Source: a bacterium
GTDB lineage: Bacteria; Desulfobacterota; DSWW01
Direction: 5' to 3'
DNA: 64,000 nucleotides
NCBI GenBank assembly: GCA_040756235.1
Contig: JBFLZG010000087.1
Location: forward strand, 96,001 to 160,000
Below the pieces are notes generated by a model that saw nothing but the letters and a program-made list of their open reading frames with translations, did no database searches and was not told where the DNA came from. The translations under genes and the position numbers were made by a program. Of this stretch, positions 61,784 to 64,000 are shown piece by piece; position 1 is the first letter of the stretch; each line of letters starts with the position of its first letter.

Positions 61784-64000
61784 TCACCCGCCGGCCGGCA
61801 GGATCTCCCAGGTGATCCGCTTGCCGGGCTCGCCCTCGGCCTCGAACAGGAGCTCCCCTTCGCCCTGCACGGCTTCAGCCCGCTTTCCGTCGACGAACAA
61901 GTCGTATCCGCCGGCCGAGAGCTGCCGCGGGAGGCGGACCGAGAAACGGAAGGTCCCTCCGGCGACGGGATTGTAGTAGCCGCGGGCGCGGTCCGGAAGA
62001 TAGGCGACCCCGATCAGGGGCAGCCGCAGCGAAAACTCCGCAAAGGGCAGAGCCGGGGCGACGCGGATCCGGTCGCCCGCCGGCTCGATGCCGGCCAGGC
62101 GGATCACGTCCAGGAGCGGACCGCTGTGCCGGTTCATGTTCATGACCGGAAAATCGGTCATCGGCGTGAAGCTCCAGTTGAAGGTCTCGCCGGGCCGCTC
62201 CGCGTAAAACGCGTTGTAGGAGTCCGGGCCGCTCCAGACGCCGTACCAGATGTCCGGGTAAGCCTCGGCGTGCCGGTTGAGGGTCGTGCCCAGGAAGAAG
62301 CGCCAGGCCGCCTCGGGGTCATGAGCTGACCAGGCCCAGGCGAGCCAGCTGTCCAGCGCGGCCCAGGTGCCGCCGTTGGTGTCCGAGCCCTGCACGAGGT
62401 AAGGCGCCGGGTTGGGCGGATAGAGGCAGAGAGCGCCGGCCGGAGAGGGCGTGACGAGCATCTCCTCGATGTTCGCGAGGAGCGTCGACGCCTGCGACTC
62501 GTCCCAGATCCCGGCGAGCAGGGGCCAGGCCTGGGCATCCAGGAAGAGCTGGTCCTCGCCCAGCCACGAGCCGTCCCCGAGGTACCCCCTGCGCATCCAC
62601 CGGCCCGCCCACTCGCCCGCCAGTCGCCTGCGGAAATCTTCGGCGCGCGCGTCCAGGCGGCCGGCCAGCTCCGGAAGACGGTCCCGGAGCAGCTCGGCCA
62701 GCCTGGGGAAGACGTAGCACGCCATCCCCGTGTTCAGGTTGGACTCGCCCCGGATCATGGTCAGCAAAGGGTGCGGCGAGAAGGCGATGAGAACGTCGTT
62801 CCAGTCGCCTGAGCCGGCGCGGATGAGACCGTGCGGACCGGTGCCGATCGAGAGCTCCAGGTGGTCCAGGGCCGCCTGCAAGTGCTCCCGCACAGGGCCG
62901 GAGCGCTCGGCAGACAGCGGGTAGAAGGGCACGGGCTCATCCAGAAAGCCGAAGTCCCGCGTGGCTCCCAGGTACTCGGCCGCGGCCATGAGGAAGAACA
63001 GGTCGAGGTCCGTCGACTCCTCGTGCACGAGGGCTCCGGTCGTGAACCCGTATCCCTGATGGGCATACGGGATTTCGCCGGTCGCGGCGTCCTGGGAGCG
63101 CATCGTGTACCGGAGGGTCTCCCGGGCCAGGTCCGGCCGCAAGTAGACGAGCGGCATGGCGAACAGGGCAAAGTCGCGGTGAGCGCCGTTCAGCCCCTGG
63201 ATGTAGGCATAGGCGGAGCCCTGGTTCACGATCGAGCCAGAGAAGTAATCCTCCCGAAAAGCACCGCTCGGCAGGTAGTAGCCGTGCCACATTGCTTCTC
63301 TTCGCAGCCACTCGGGCTCCGGGGTCACGAAGTCGACGCGGGTCTCGAGCCACGCGTCCATGGTCCTCTTGAAGTTGGATTCCGGGTCTCTGCGGAGGTC
63401 CTCGATGAGCGGCGCCGCTTCCTCCGGAGGGCCGCTGCCGAAGGCGTAGGCGAGGAAGACCCTCTCGCCGGGATCGAGGCGGAGCTTCTTCCCCATCGCC
63501 AGACACGCCCGGCCGACCTCGGGCGTGCCCTGCGGCAAGAGCGTGGAATTCGTCGTCCCACTGGCAAGCGCCTCCGGTCGGCCAAGGCCTCCGCTGCCGA
63601 AGAATGCCTGCTGGTCCGTGAAGAAGAAGTCCGGGGTTGCGGTGAGGCCGGCCAGGAAACATGGACCGGGGTAATAGTCCGCAATCGAAATCGCTTCCGG
63701 CAAGGGCGCCTCGCCCCCGGCCGCGAGGGAAGGCGTGACCGCGAGGAACCCGCCAAGCTCATCCAGGGAAGAGCCCACGGTGAAGCTGCCGTTGAAGACC
63801 CAGCGGAGCGCCTCGAAGAGCGCTCCCAGCGGCGCCGTCATGATCGGGGCCGGCAGGAGTTCGTAGAGGTTGTAATCCCAGTATTCGAAAATCAAAAGCT
63901 CTCGAGGCGCGGCGCCCTGGTTCACGATCTCGGTTTCGGAAACGAGCAGCGGGCCATCCCCGAACGGTACGTAGCTCCGCTCGCGGACGGAAAGGTCCTG
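61784..64000 (-). CDS. GH94-like glycoside phosphorylase/hydrolase, 5' end beyond the window
   Basis: Frame open to the window end; GDWND catalytic motif; HRD; NGGTW. Confidence 0.75.
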   Translation of the reverse strand, partial: QDLSVRERSYVPFGDGPLLVSETEIVNQGAAPRELLIFEYWDYNLYELLPAPIMTAPLGALFEALRWVFNGSFTVGSSLDELGGFLAVTPSLAAGGEAPLPEAISIADYYPGPCFLAGLTATPDFFFTDQQAFFGSGGLGRPEALASGTTNSTLLPQGTPEVGRACLAMGKKLRLDPGERVFLAYAFGSGPPEEAAPLIEDLRRDPESNFKRTMDAWLETRVDFVTPEPEWLRREAMWHGYYLPSGAFREDYFSGSIVNQGSAYAYIQGLNGAHRDFALFAMPLVYLRPDLARETLRYTMRSQDAATGEIPYAHQGYGFTTGALVHEESTDLDLFFLMAAAEYLGATRDFGFLDEPVPFYPLSAERSGPVREHLQAALDHLELSIGTGPHGLIRAGSGDWNDVLIAFSPHPLLTMIRGESNLNTGMACYVFPRLAELLRDRLPELAGRLDARAEDFRRRLAGEWAGRWMRRGYLGDGSWLGEDQLFLDAQAWPLLAGIWDESQASTLLANIEEMLVTPSPAGALCLYPPNPAPYLVQGSDTNGGTWAALDSWLAWAWSAHDPEAAWRFFLGTTLNRHAEAYPDIWYGVWSGPDSYNAFYAERPGETFNWSFTPMTDFPVMNMNRHSGPLLDVIRLAGIEPAGDRIRVAPALPFAEFSLRLPLIGVAYLPDRARGYYNPVAGGTFRFSVRLPRQLSAGGYDLFVDGKRAEAVQGEGELLFEAEGEPGKRITWEILPAGG

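Overview
GC-rich bacterial DNA, probably from a deltaproteobacteria-like anaerobe. About 28 kb (11.5-39.6 kb) holds an almost complete dissimilatory sulfate-reduction gene set in one locus: sat, aprBA, qmoABC, dsrAB, an inverted dsrD, dsrN, dsrC, dsrT, dsrMKJOP, a ferredoxin and two siroheme-synthesis genes. A cassette of small uncharacterised TPR and Cys-rich genes lies between dsrB and dsrN. To the left is a sigma54 module: an intact PAS activator, a full UAS/IHF/-24/-12 promoter, a catalytically degenerate activator paralog and a second DsrM/DsrK-like pair. To the right are argS, ftsH, a TatT-associated TRAP transporter, a kinase-lipoprotein-sigma54 regulator triad, fabH, a loop-shortened uS10 paralog, an acyl-CoA dehydrogenase and two glycan-active genes. 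The most notable non-obvious signals are (1) an identical palindromic operator within near-identical promoters upstream of aprBA and dsrN, (2) the pseudo-ATPase activator circuit, (3) the orphan uS10/NusE-like protein lacking its ribosome-binding loop, (4) a shared start-less Shine-Dalgarno-like motif in the aprB and dsrA leaders, and (5) several families of small intergenic repeats. No rRNA, tRNA, CRISPR array or transposase was seen. All calls come from reading motifs by eye; no database searches were run.
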